64,000 nt of DNA from Anaeramoeba ignava BMAN. Taxonomy: Eukaryota > Protista > Anaeramoebae. The notes below the pieces were generated by a model. It worked only from the letters and a program-made list of their open reading frames with translations, did no database searches and was not told where the DNA came from. A program made the position numbers and the translations under genes. The DNA lies in assembly GCA_028826165.1 (NCBI GenBank), contig JAPDFW010000033.1, positions 62,001-126,000 on the forward strand, read 5' to 3'. The stretch's first letter is position 1. Every line of letters begins with the position of its first letter. Of this stretch, positions 1 to 12,422 are shown piece by piece.

Positions 1-587
1 AATTAAAAGCAAATTCTTTGGTTGATTTTTCACAATTTAAAAATTTTATTCTAATCACTTCCTTTCTTCAAATTGTTGAATTTCTTTTTGATTTTGTTAC
101 AATTCTCAAAATTTTAAAATCTCAACTTACAAATCCACAACTTAAATATGTTTTATTAGCAATTTTTATTTTGTTACTTTTTTTAATACAAAACAATAAT
201 TTATTCGATCAATCTCAACTGTCAAATTTTCGGAAATTTCCTTCTCCATTTAATTACACAATATTAATATTCTTTTCTTTTTTGAAACATTGGATTTTGC
301 AATATATATTTTTTCCTCTTTTGTTTGAATTCTTTTTATGGTATTTATGGACATCATTGAAGATTTCAAGATCTTTTTTATGGAGAATTTGGTTTTTTTT
401 CGTTGTTTTTCTTTATTCAACATTTTCTTCTTCAAATGCTTTATTCCTTGATTCTGAATTTTTTATTATTCCTTATTTACTCTTTAAACTTAATTCCAGA
501 CATTATGATTCTTTTTTATTTCATTCTATTTTTCTATTTTTCTTTATTAATTCTTTCATTTTTCTTTTACTTTTAAAATTTAAATAA
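1..587 (+). CDS. 3' part of a multi-pass membrane protein (5' end outside window)
   Basis: Frame is open from the window start to TAA at 585-587. It has several hydrophobic Phe/Leu/Ile/Trp stretches and is not a simple repeat. No family recognised. Confidence 0.5.
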   Translation, partial: LKANSLVDFSQFKNFILITSFLQIVEFLFDFVTILKILKSQLTNPQLKYVLLAIFILLLFLIQNNNLFDQSQLSNFRKFPSPFNYTILIFFSFLKHWILQYIFFPLLFEFFLWYLWTSLKISRSFLWRIWFFFVVFLYSTFSSSNALFLDSEFFIIPYLLFKLNSRHYDSFLFHSIFLFFFINSFIFLLLLKFK

Positions 588-754
588 TTAATTAATTAAT
601 TAACTAACTAAAATTTTAAAAATAATTGATATTAAGATTTTTTTTTTTTCTGTTTGAATTATTTATTCAAATTGATTATTGATTTTTGATTATTTTTTTT
701 TTTTTGGAAAATTTTTGAAAAATTTGTTTTTGTTTTTTGAATTTATTTTTGAAT

Positions 755-2922
755 TTATTTTTGTTGACTGCAACAAGCAAATAATCCTGCTTTTTTCTTT
801 TCTTCTCTTGGTGTTGGAGTTTGTGTTTGAGCTGCTTCTTTTGCTTTTTGGAATTCTTTCATTTTTTGAAGTAATAAATCTCTAATATCATTATTATGTG
901 TCATTTGAATTGCATTTTTTCCCTAAAAGTAATTAATAAAAAATTTTTTTTATTTTTCAATATTTTCTATTCTCAATATTTTTCATTTAATTTTACAGCC
1001 TTTTTTTAATTTAATAAATAATAAATTTAATTAATAAATATTTTTTTATTTTTAAATTACATGATTAGCAATATTTAAATCAGGTTCTTTTAATAATAAA
1101 GTTTTAACAATTTCAGTATTCTCATTATCACAAGATATCATTAATGCTGTATCTCCCTTTTTTTTTTTTAAATAAAATGAATTAAATTCAAATCAAAATT
1201 AAAATCAAAATTAAAATTTTTACAAACTAAAATTCAATTTTCAATATAATTTTATTAAAAATATAAAATATATAAATAAATACATTATCTTGATGATTTA
1301 TATCAATTTTTTCTTTAAGTAACTGTTTCACAATAGAAACATGATTATGTAAACATGCGTATTGAAGTGCATTATCACCCTAGAATATAAACAATAATTT
1401 TCTTTTTTCATACTTATTTTCTCTATTTATTTCTTTTATAAATTAAGTTACATTCTTTTATCCAAAAAAAAAACATTTCAATTTAATTCAAAAAAAAAAT
1501 CTATTTTAATAAATCTAAAAATTACTTTCTAATAAAATAAATTTTAAATAAATAAATAAATCAAAAATTATTTTATTTCATTTTATTTCATTTTATTGAT
1601 TCAACTTTATCAGAAATATTCACATTTGCTCCATTCATTAGTAAAATTTTAACAATTTCTGTATGACCTTCTTGACTTGCAACTAATAAAGGAGTTGCAT
1701 TCTAAAAATAATGGAAAGTAATTAATAATTTAAAAATATTTACTTTTTTTTTTATTACATTCTAAATTGACAAGATTATAAATAAAGCAAAACAAAACAA
1801 AACAAAACAAAATAAAACAAAACAAAATTAAAACAAAATAAAACAAAACAAAACAAAACAAAATAAAACAAAATAAAATAAAAAACAAAATAAAATTAAA
1901 ACAAAATAAAACAAAACAAAACAAAATTAAAGCAAAAATTAAAGCAAAAATTACTCTATTGGGTTTATCAATTGTAATTTTTCTTTTAATTAATTCATTC
2001 ACAATATCCTCATGACCTTCTTGGCATGCAAGATAAAGTGCTGTTGAACCCTATATAAAAATTTATTTATATTTTTAAAAAAAACCTATTTTGAATAAAA
2101 TAATATTTTTTACATTCTTTTAATTTTAAATCAAATGATAAGAAAATTTTTCAATAATTTTTCTTTTTGAATCTAAAAATTTACAAAATTTTCTTGATCA
2201 ATATAAGCTCCATTATCTAATAATACTTTTAAAAAATCAAGATGACCTTCATGACTTGATATTAATAAAGGAGTCCAACCCTTAATTTAATTTAATTCAA
2301 TATTTAATTTAAGATTTGATTTATTTATTTATTTAAATTTATTTTATTTCAAATATTTATTTAATATTTAATTCAATATTTAATTTAATATTTAATTTAA
2401 GATTTGATATTTAATTTAATATTTAATTCAATATTTATTTAATATTTAAGATTTAATTTAATATTTAATTTAATATTTAATTTAATATTTAATTTAATAT
2501 ATTTATTTAATATTTAATTTAATATTTAAGATTTAATTTAATATTTGATAAAGATTTAAATTTAAAACAAAATGGTAAAAATTACATCCTAAAAATTAAA
2601 TTTGTTTGTTTTTTTTTTAAAAAATGGAAGTGATCAAATTATTAAATTAATATTTTTTGTCTTTCCAAAAATAAAAAAATAAAAAAAATAATTTTTCTTT
2701 ATTAAAATACTTGATTTTGTTGATTTAAATTAACACCTTTTTGTATAAGAGATTCAAGCATTTTAAGATCTCCATTTTCTGCAGCAGAAAAAATAGATTC
2801 CTTTTTTAAATTTTTATATTAAAATTTTTATATTTAATTTTTATTAAATTTTATATATTTAATTTTTTATATTAAATTTTTATATTTAATTTTTATATTA
2901 AATTTTCTACTTGAGAAAGCAT
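755..2922 (-). CDS. Ankyrin-repeat protein (~255 aa) with 3-nt microexons and a C-terminal basic + CC tail
   Basis: Exons 2922-2911, 2800-2711, 2588-2586, 2280-2185, 2116-2114, 2050-1955, 1761-1759, 1701-1606, (1528-1526), 1454-1452, 1379-1284, 1226-1224, 1156-1061, 999-997, 922-755. All introns are GT-AG, phase 0. Translation gives canonical repeats: GWTPLLISSHEGHLDFLKVLLDNGA, GSTALYLACQEGHEDIV, NATPLLVASQEGHTEIVKILLMNGANVN, GDNALQYAC, GDTALMISC. Ends KKKAGLFACCSQQK*. Confidence 0.93.
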
Positions 2923-3094
2923 TTTTTTTTTGCTTTTGCTTTTGTTTTTTCTTTTGGAAATTAAACAAATAGAATTTAAAGCAGAAAAAAAGAAAAAAAA
3001 GAATGAAAAAAAATGAAAAAAAATGAAAAAAAAAATTCGTTATTTTTTTAAATTGTATTTTAATTGTTTTAAAAAAAAAAAATTTTTTTTGTAA

Positions 3095-3577
3095 TTAAAA
3101 TAAATCACTACAAAAATTAGCAATTTTATTCAAAAAAATTTCATCAAGTTGATCAAATGCATTTCTTAAATGAGAATCAACATCAATTTGAGCAACATAT
3201 AGATTATTTTCATTTTCATTTTTTTTAAAAATAGGAACAACAATTTCTGATTTAACATTAATACTACAAGATAAATAATTTGATTCTTGAGAAACATCAC
3301 TAATTAATAAAGATTTTTCAAGTTGAGCACTTCTACCACAAACTCCTTTACCAAATGTTATTCTTGTATGGGTTGTTGGTTCACCTGTAAAAGGTCCTAA
3401 ATATAACTCATTTTTCTTTTCTTTATCAACAATATAAAATCCAACCCAATTATAATAATCAAGTTCAGAAGAAATCAATTCTGTTATTGATAAAAGTTTT
3501 TTTTCTCTTGTTTCTTCTTGTTCAATAATTTCTTTGATTTTTTTTTCTATTAAATCAAATTTTTCTTTTTTATTCAT
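3095..3577 (-). CDS. msrC: GAF-domain free methionine-R-sulfoxide reductase (fRMsr/MsrC-like), intronless
   Basis: Motifs NWVGFY, LGPFTG, GKGVCG, YLSCS..SEIVVP, IDVDS..FD..D are typical of the stand-alone GAF fRMsr family; 160 aa. Confidence 0.85.
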   Translation of the reverse strand: MNKKEKFDLIEKKIKEIIEQEETREKKLLSITELISSELDYYNWVGFYIVDKEKKNELYLGPFTGEPTTHTRITFGKGVCGRSAQLEKSLLISDVSQESNYLSCSINVKSEIVVPIFKKNENENNLYVAQIDVDSHLRNAFDQLDEIFLNKIANFCSDLF

Positions 3578-3658
3578 TTTTTTTATTTTTATTTTTGAAT
3601 TGAAAAAAAATGAAAAATTAATTTTTGAAATTTATTTTTTTCTTTTTTCTTTTTTATA

Positions 3659-3817
3659 AAAACAAAAACAAAAACAAAAACAAAAACAAAAACAAAATCA
3701 AAAACAATAACAAAAACAAAATCAATAACAAAAACAAAAACAAAAACAAAAACAAAATCAAAAACAAAAACAAAAACAATATCAAAAGCAAAAACAAAAA
3801 CAAAAACAAAAACAAAA
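3659..3817. repeat. (AAAAAC)n microsatellite
   Basis: Direct reading; lies immediately upstream of the ATG at 3818. Confidence 0.9.
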
Positions 3818-6793
3818 ATGTCTTTTAATTCTCAAGTAATAAAAAAAAAAAAGCAAAAATTAAATTTCAATTAAAAATTTATTTAAAAATTTATTTTCAA
3901 TTTTAAGTTAAATGAAAATATAAATGAAATCCTTTTAAAACTTAAAGACGAAACTCGAAGATGGAAAAATGTTTGTGAAAAAATGAGGGAAAAATTTAAA
4001 TTTCAAGCACAAAATCAATCTCAATTAGAAACAAAACAAAATGAAGAAATTAATGATTTAAAAATAAAAATTAATGAAGCAAGAGAAAAAAGAGATTCTT
4101 TACATAAACAACTTGATAATCAAAAACAAATTAATTTGTATTTTATTTTAAAAAAAAAACAATAAAATAAAATTAATAAAATAAAATTAATAAAAAAATA
4201 AATTTTAAAGATCAAAAAAAGGGAATGAAATTGAAGAATTAACAAATAAAGGAAGAGAATTAGAAGTTCGTTTAGGGAAATTAACAGATCTTTATGAATC
4301 ATATAAAGCTACAAGAACTATATTAGAAGAAGAAATGAATTTAGAAAATGAAAATGAAAATGAAAATCGAAAATGAAAATCAAAATCAAAATCAAAATCA
4401 AAATCAAAATGAAAATCAAAATGAAAATCAAAATGGAAATAAAAATGAAAATGAAAATCAAGGTTAATTCAATTCAATTCAATTTAATTCAAATTTAATT
4501 CAAATTTAATTCAAATTTAATTCAATTTAATTCAATTCAAAATTTAATTCAAAATTCAATTCAAATTCAATTCAATTTAATTCAATTCAAAATTTAATTC
4601 AATTCAATTCAATTTAATTCAATTCAATTCAATTCAATTCAATTCAATTTAATTCAAATTCAATTCAATTCAAAATTTAATAACAATTCAATTCAATTTA
4701 ATTCAATTTAATTCAATTTAATTCAATTTAATTCAATTCAAATTTAATTCAGAATTTAATTCAATTCAAATTTAATTCAATTCAATTCAAAATTTAATTC
4801 AATTTCAATTCAAATTTAATTCAAAATTCAATTCAATTCAATTCAATTCAATTCAATTCAATTCAAAAATTTAATTAAATTAAATTTAAAATTTAATTTA
4901 ATTCAATTTAATTCAATTCAATTTAATTCAAATTCAATTCAATTTAATTCAATTCAAAATTTAATTCAAATTTAATTCAAATTTAATTCAAATTTAATTC
5001 AAATTTAATTCAATTTAATTCAATTCAAATTAATTCAATTCAATTCAATTCAATTCAAATTCAAATTCAATTCAATTCAATTCAAATTTAATTCAATTCA
5101 ATTCAATTCAAATTCAATTCAAATTTAATTCAATTAAAATTTAATTCAAAAAAAATTTAATAAAAATTCAATTAAAATTCAAAAAAATTTAATAAAAATT
5201 TAATAAAAATTTAATAAAAATAAACAGAAGAATTACCAAACCTCATTTCAAATTACAAAACACTTAAGAAAAGACAATCCCAACTAGAAAAAGAACTTGA
5301 TGAAGCAATTAAATACAAACTTCAATACGAAATACTTCAACAAGTAGTAGAAAATTACAAAAGAAAAATCATTGAGGAATCAAACGCAAGAAAAAAAGAA
5401 TCAGCAAGACATGAAAGAGAATTCACAAAATTAAAAGAAAAAGAAGAACTTCTTAAATTTCAACTCCAACAATATTTAAAAAAAAAACAAACAAACGAAC
5501 TTCTCGAAGAAAACAACAACCAATTACATCAAAAACTAATTGAATCAAAGAAAGAATTTATGAACCAACACAGAAAAAGAATCGGATTAGAAATTTACAA
5601 ATCAAAACTTGAACAAAAAATGAAAAAAAAAAGACAGCATTTAATCCGACTTTCTGAAGAAAATCAATATGAGTCTCGAAAAAATCTCACTTTAAAACTA
5701 GCAAACTTGAGAGATATCCAATTAAATACACCAAAAAAAGTTCCGAGATTCCAGTCTTATGCACCGAATATGAGGAACAAATCACAATTTTCAGAAATTT
5801 AATTCATTATTACAATCAAAAAACAATCCAAAAATTCATCAAGCAAAATCATTTGCAAATTTGCGACCCAAAAAAACCGATTTCAATAAAATAAAGTCAT
5901 TCCAGGAAATGCAAAAATTGGTTCCCTCTTTAAGTTTTCGTGGATCCTTTCCGCCTCAAAAAGATAAACCACAAGTTGATGAAGAAAAAAGCAATTTGGA
6001 AAATAAAAATGCAATTTCTGATCCACTTCGTTTCTCAGACAATTTAATCAAAGAAAACCCGCAAGAAGTTGAATCACTCAAGGATTCATTTCTCAAAAAC
6101 AACAATCTTGAAATGGAAGTTGATCAATATGCAACGGAATTCGAAAGATTCCAAAAAGAATTAAAAGAAAAACAAAATCAATTAGAAAATCTCGATGAAA
6201 ATTTACGGTCAATTACATATGAAATCAAACTAATGAATCAAGTTCTTCCCAAAAAGAACGAAGGAATGGATTCAATCACAAAGGAAATTGAGGTTTTTAA
6301 CCAAGAAATGAACAGTTTGGCAAATGATTTACAACAACAACTTGATGAATTAAATCGACAAGAAGAAAAGACAAAAGAGCAGAACAATGAAAAGCAAAAA
6401 AAAATGCAAGCAGAACTGGAGCAGATTAAGCAATCTTCTTCAGATTTACAATCTGAGATTGATAAGCTTTCTCGTTCGCAAGATAGCGAGATTACTAAGA
6501 AAACTATTCAGGATGAAGATGAAAGAAATCAAATTCAAGATGATTCAAATTCTTTATTTAAATTTAGTTCAGAGCTTGTTCATAATATTCTTGGAGAAAA
6601 TATTCAACAGAATCAATTCAATCCTAATTATTTGGCTCATTATTTGTCTCTTATTCAAAATGAATATAATAAAAAACAACTTAGGTGTGACCAAATTAAA
6701 CAAAGTTTAAAGGTTCATAAGGCTTTTGTTGAAACTTTGGAAAATAAAGAAAAGGAACTTGAAGAAAATATTAAAGAATTGAAAAAGAAATGA
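3818..6793 (+). CDS. Long coiled-coil protein, 4 exons, two apparent 1-nt frameshifts
   Basis: Exons 3818-3835, 3908-4137, 4211-4462, 5228-6793 with consistent phases. E/K/Q/L heptad-rich. Frame breaks near 4368 and ~5795 link track ORFs 3983, 5560 and 5861. Confidence 0.7.
4463..5227 (+). repeat. Intron filled with AATTC/AATTT pentamer satellite
   Basis: GT at 4463, AG at 5226-5227; the interior is almost entirely aattc variants. Confidence 0.85.
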
Positions 6794-6829
6794 ACAATTT
6801 AAAATTCATTTATAAAATCAAAATTCATT

Positions 6830-7070
6830 TATAAAATTAAAATTAAAATTAAAATTAAAATTAAAATTAAAATTAAAATTAAAATTAAAATTAAAATTAA
6901 AATTAAAATTCATTTATTAAATTAAAATTAAAATTAAAATTAAAATTAAAATTAAAATTAAAATTAAAATTAAAATTAAAATTTAAAATTAAAATTAAAA
7001 TTAAAATTAAAATTAAAATTAAAATTAAAATTAAAATTAAAATTAAAATTAAAATTAAAATTAAAATTGA
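6830..7070. repeat. (AAATTA)n microsatellite
   Basis: Direct reading. Confidence 0.95.
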
Positions 7071-7275
7071 AATTCATTTATAATTGAAATGTTAACTTGT
7101 TTTTTTTTTGAGAATTTTTTTAATCAAAAAAAAATTTTTTAAAAAATCATTTTTCATTTTTTTTTTTTGTTATTTTTTTTTTAAAATCTAAATTTATTAC
7201 AAAAAAAATAAAAATAAAAATAAAAAATAAATCAAAAATAGCAAAAAAAAAAGGGAAAAATTTAAACTAGTAAAG

Positions 7276-7716
7276 ATGACAGAGCAAAACAAAGTAAATA
7301 AAGAACTTGAACTAGTTGAAGAATCACAAATTCTAGAACTTGTATCACCAACAGAAGAACAAAACGAAAAAACAAAAATAAATCAAAATGAAAATGAAAA
7401 TGAAAATGAAAATGAAGATTTAGAATCAAATCAAATAAATGATTCAGAAAATTTAAGAGAAGATGAAGATCAACAAAATAAATTATGTTCAGCAAAAATA
7501 ATATCACTTAAAACTGATTCTAAATTTACTTCATTATTGATTCTTATTGGAACTGTTATTTTATTTTTTGGTTTTTATGTTTTTTCAAAGCATTCTGGTT
7601 GGGCTATTGTTTGCTTTTCTTTTGGTCCTTTATTTTTGGTTTATGGTTCTTATTTGGTTTTTTATCGATTTTATCATTTTCAACAAAGATATTTTGATTT
7701 TGAATATCTTGTTTAG
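7276..7716 (+). CDS. Small protein with acidic N-terminus and two predicted TM helices
   Basis: 146-aa ORF; hydrophobic segments LLILIGTVILFFGFYVF and WAIVCFSFGPLFLVYGSYLVF. Confidence 0.7.
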   Translation: MTEQNKVNKELELVEESQILELVSPTEEQNEKTKINQNENENENENEDLESNQINDSENLREDEDQQNKLCSAKIISLKTDSKFTSLLILIGTVILFFGFYVFSKHSGWAIVCFSFGPLFLVYGSYLVFYRFYHFQQRYFDFEYLV

Positions 7717-7759
7717 TATTCAATTGATTATATTGTGGTTTTTATTAGCAAAATTCATT

Positions 7760-8700
7760 TATAAAATTAAAATTAAAATTAAAATTAATATTAAAATTAA
7801 ATTAAAATTAAAATTAAAATTAAAATTAAAATTAAAATTAAAATTAAAATTAAAATTAAAATTAAAATTAAATTAAAATTAAAATTAAAATTAAAATTAA
7901 AATTAAAATTAAAATTAAAATTAAAATTAAAATTAAAATTAAAATTAAAATTAAAATTAATATAATTAAAATTAAAATTAAAATTAAATTAAAATTAAAT
8001 TAAAATTAAAATTAAAATTAAAATTAAAATTAAAATTAAAATCAAAAATCAAAATTAAATTATAAAATTAAAATTAAAATTAAAATTAAAATTAAAATCA
8101 AATTCAAATCAAAAATTAAAATTAAAATTAAAATTAAAATTAAAATTAAAATCAAAATTAAAATTAAATATAAATTAAAATTAAAATCAAAATTAAAATT
8201 AAATTAAAATTAAAATTAAAATTCTAAAATTAAAATTTAAAATAAAAATTAATTATTAAAAATTTTAAAAATTCTTTTTGAAGAAAATTAAAATTAAAAT
8301 TAAATTATAAAATTAAATTAAAATTAAAATTATTCTTAAAATTAAAATCATTTTATCAACATCCAATTTTAAAATTAAAATTAAAATTTTTAAATTTAAA
8401 AAATTAAAATTAAAATTAAAATTAAAAATTAAAATTAAAATTAAAATTAAAATTAAAATTAAAAATTGTTTTTAAAAACAAAATTAAAATTAAAAATTAA
8501 AATTAAAATTAAAATTAAAATTAAAATTAAAATTAAAATTAAAATTAAAATTAAAATTAAAATTAAAATTAATTTTAAAATTAAAATTAAAATTAAAATT
8601 AAAATTAAAATTAAAATTAATATTAAAATTAAAATTAAAATTAAAATTAAAATCAAAATCAAAATCAAAATCAAATCCAAAATCAAATTCAAAATCAAAA
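7760..8700. repeat. (AAATTA)n/(AAATCA)n intergenic microsatellite
   Basis: Direct reading; source of the spurious KIKI/ILIL ORFs. Confidence 0.95.
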
Positions 8701-8853
8701 TTAATTTTTTTCTTGTTTTTTTTTTAATTTTTTTTTAATCCAAAAAAAAAAGTGGAATTTGTCAATAAAATTAATAATTATTAAAAAAATTTTTTTATTT
8801 CTTTTTGAAGAAAGAAAATAATAATGAAATTAATTTGAAAGAATTAAATTAAA

Positions 8854-11800
8854 TTAAAAATATTCTTCAAGTAATTTAATCATTTTCTCAACATCCAATT
8901 TTAAATATTCTAAATCAAAATTTTTTTTTGAATTTAATCGATCTTGTAATAAATCTCTCATTAAAAGAGTAAGTGTTTCAAGTGGTTCTTTCTTTTGTTG
9001 AACCATAACATCTAAAAGATAAATTCCTGTTTTTTCTGTTTTTCTAAAAACAAAGTAAACGAATTCTTGTCTATTTTGAAATTAAAAAAAAGAAAGAAAT
9101 TGATTTAAAATTGATTTAAAATTGATTTAAAATTGATTTAAAATTAATATAAAATTAATTTAAAATTGATTTAAAATTAATATAAAATTAATTTAAAATT
9201 GATATAAAATTAATATAAAATTGATATAAAATTGATTTAAAATTGATATAAAATTTAAAATTGATATAAAATTGATTTAAAATTGATTTAAAATTGATAT
9301 AAAATTGATTTAAAATTGATTTAAAATTGATTTAAAATTGATTTAAAATTGATTTAAAATTGATATAAAATTGATATAAAATTGATTTAAAATTGATTTA
9401 AAATTGATTTAAAATTGATTTAAAATTGATTTAAAATTAATATAAAATTGATATAAAATTGATTTAAAATTGATTTAAAATTGATTTAAAATTGATTTAA
9501 AATTGATTTAAAATTGATTTAAAATTGATTTAAAATTGATTTAAAATTGAATTTAAAATTGATTTAAAATTGATTTGATTTAAAATTGATTTAAAATTGA
9601 TTTAAAATTGATTTAAAATTAATATAAAATTGATTTAAAATTGATTTAAAATTGATTTAAAATTGATATAAAATTAATATAAAATTGATTTAAAAATTAA
9701 TTTAAAATTGATTTAAAATTGATTTAAAATTGATTTAAAATTGATTTAAAAAAAATATCTAAAATTAATATAAAATTGATTTAAAATTGATATAAAATTG
9801 ATATAAAATTGATTTAAAATTGATATAAAATTGATATAAAATTAATATAAAATTGATTATAAAATTGATTTAAAATTGATTTAAAATTGATTTAAAATTG
9901 ATTTAAAATTGATTTAAAATTGATTTAAAATTGATATAAAATTGATATAAAATTGATTTAAAATTGATTTAAAATTAATATAAAATTAATATAAAATTGA
10001 TTTAAAATTGATTTAAAATTGATTTAAAATTGATTTAAAATTGATATAAAATTGATATAAAATTGATTTAAAATTGATTTAAAATTGATTTAAAATTGAT
10101 TTAAAATATTCAACCTTTCTTCGGGAATTGCTGAAGAAACTAAAACACCTGATTTTTCAAGTTCTTCATGAGTTTTCTCAAAAAATTGCTTTTTCAAAAC
10201 TCTCGATTTTGGATTCATTTTCATTGATTTACTTCTATTGACTAAAGTAGGTTTTGTTTGCAATTCAACATTAATATTTGCAAGATATTGAGGATATGAA
10301 TCCTTTTTTGTTTGAAGAGGTTTTCTTTGCAATAATAAATAAGAATGAACTTTTTCCAAAAGATTGATTTCTTCGAAAATTTTTGAATGAGTTTCTTTAA
10401 TATTTGATAAAATATCTTGAACATCAAAATGCAATTTTTGGAAATCATTTTCAGGAAGAATTACTCTTTCCCGAATCAATATTTTGATATTGGATAATAA
10501 ATGTTTGATCTTGTTATTCATTTTTAAGTTGTGAAAATTTTTTGCTTCTTGTCGAATTTGGTTCAAAATCTTAATAAATTTTTCATATTTCAAAATTTCA
10601 TTTTTTGTGGTTTTTTTTTGGATTTCATGATAAATTGTTGTCAAATTCAATAAAGTATCTTTATAAATAACAAAATAGCTTGATTTACGATGACCAATTG
10701 TTGAAGTGATTGATTTTTTCAGAGGAATTTTCATTAAATAATTTTGTTCTGCTGGAATTTGAGTTTGAACTGATCCTAATGAATTCAAAAGATTTTTAAG
10801 TGGATCATTCAAATCAAGCCCAATTTCATCAATGTTTTTTGAGAATAATTCATGCAAGAAATAGATATCATTGATCCGAATAGAAATTTCTGGTGCTCCT
10901 GATAACAAATCATTAAACTGAATAATTTCTTCATCAATTTCATATTCTTCAACTTTGCAAATTGAATTTATAAAAGAAATCAAATCATTCCTTTTGGAAA
11001 GAATGATATCTCTAAAAACAGTCATATATTTTTCTTTGTCTTCAAAAATATCCACCATATTCGATAAATTCTGTAACATTTTTGCTAATAATACTGATGT
11101 TCTTTTACAATCTGAATTAACATCTTTTTCAATAATATCCAGTGATTTTGCTCCAACAATTGCTGGATTTATAAATCTAAGTATGAAAAATCCCCCAACA
11201 AGTGCAGTAAGTGAGAATTCATTAATTTCAGTTAAAAATTCCTGTGAAAAATCTCTAATTCTTTTGCAAATCAATCGAATTCCTTTTGGGATTTTTTCGA
11301 CGCTTTGAAAAATATTATCAACTAACTTTTGAATATTGAATTAAATTAAATATTAAATTAAATTAAAAATTAAATTAAAAATTAAATTGAATACTTGTTC
11401 AAAAAATTTTTGTAACTGGATTAAACGTTTTTTGGATCTATTAGTAATTTCCTTAAAATTCTCACATTCTCCATAAGAAATTTCTTTTGGATCCTTCATA
11501 TCTGAATTATTTCCCTGATTTTCATTATAAATTTCTTCATATATTTTAATGGGATTAATTTCCAAGTTCTGTTCTTCATTTGTTGCAATTGATTGAATAA
11601 AATCGGATAAAACTTCCTTTAAATAATTAATTCCAGAATTCCTTCTTGTATAACGAGTTAAAATTTTTGATAAAGTTGAGTTTGATCTTAAAATTGTATT
11701 CAAATATTGATTTTTTTTGAATTCTTCATGTAAACTCAAATTGAAAGTACTTGACAGTAAAATATCAGTGTTTTGAGATTCTTGATCTTCATAAATAGAA

Positions 11801-12422
11801 TTCATTACAATTTCCAAAAATTTTGGGCTTTGGATTCCTGGAATAGTGTGAATTATTTTAGAAATATAAATTGGTTTATAATATAAAAGGAATATAAAAT
11901 CAACGTATTTTTGTTCATCAATAATTTTTTTTGTTATTTCTTTTTCAATAGATATATTTTCGTTTTGTGTTTGTGTTTTTAATCCTTCTTGTGCTGTTGA
12001 AATTTGTTTTTGAAGTAAATGAGAAATTTGATGATCATAATTAATCACTTGTTTCTCAAGTTCATAATTTGAATTTAATTGAACTAACACTTTTTTTTTG
12101 ACTTGATCTAAATATTGTAAATCTAAAAAATGGAATTTAATTTTTAATTTTTAATTTAATTTAATTTATGAATGTTATTTTTACCTTGAAAAAACTGAAC
12201 TTGATTTATTTTGGAATCTATTAAAAATTAAATTTAAATTTAAATTAAAATTAAAATTAAAATTAAAATTAAAAAAAAGCAAAATTTTAATTTGAAAATT
12301 TTTTTTTTTAAATAGAAAGAAGAATGAAGAATAGAATAAAATAGAATAAACAATTTTTTAATTTTTTAATTTATTTTACTTATTTTAAATTCTTTTTCTT
12401 TTTGAATTTTTTGTTGTTCCAT
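8854..12422 (-). CDS. RasGAP of IQGAP/Sar1/DGAP1 type (GAP-related domain + RasGAP_C)
   Basis: Exons 12422-12380, 12217-12185, 12122-~11395, ~11325-10115, 9070-8854. RasGAP signature FFILRFINPAIV, ILRSNS (arginine-finger region), NLEINP and LLAKMLQNLSN; C-terminal ELEKSGVLV. Confidence 0.85.
9099..10105. repeat. Intronic 11-bp satellite (TAAAATTGATT / TAAAATTGATA / TAAAATTAATA)
   Basis: Fills the last RasGAP intron (9071-10114). Confidence 0.95.

Noticed and set aside
1-587. CAAX-protease (CPBP/Abi) assignment for the first ORF
   Set aside because: Topology is compatible but the EExxxR and conserved His motifs are not convincingly present.
2084-2087. AG|GT zero-length (recursive) splice site in an ankyrin intron
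   Set aside because: It would leave pieces of about 28 and 35 nt, shorter than any intron seen here; single occurrence.
8270-8375. Ghost fragments of neighbouring gene ends inside microsatellites (also 32630-32870 and 48200-48500)
   Set aside because: Short interleaved pieces at a roughly fixed offset from the real copy look like misaligned-read consensus artefacts, not elements.
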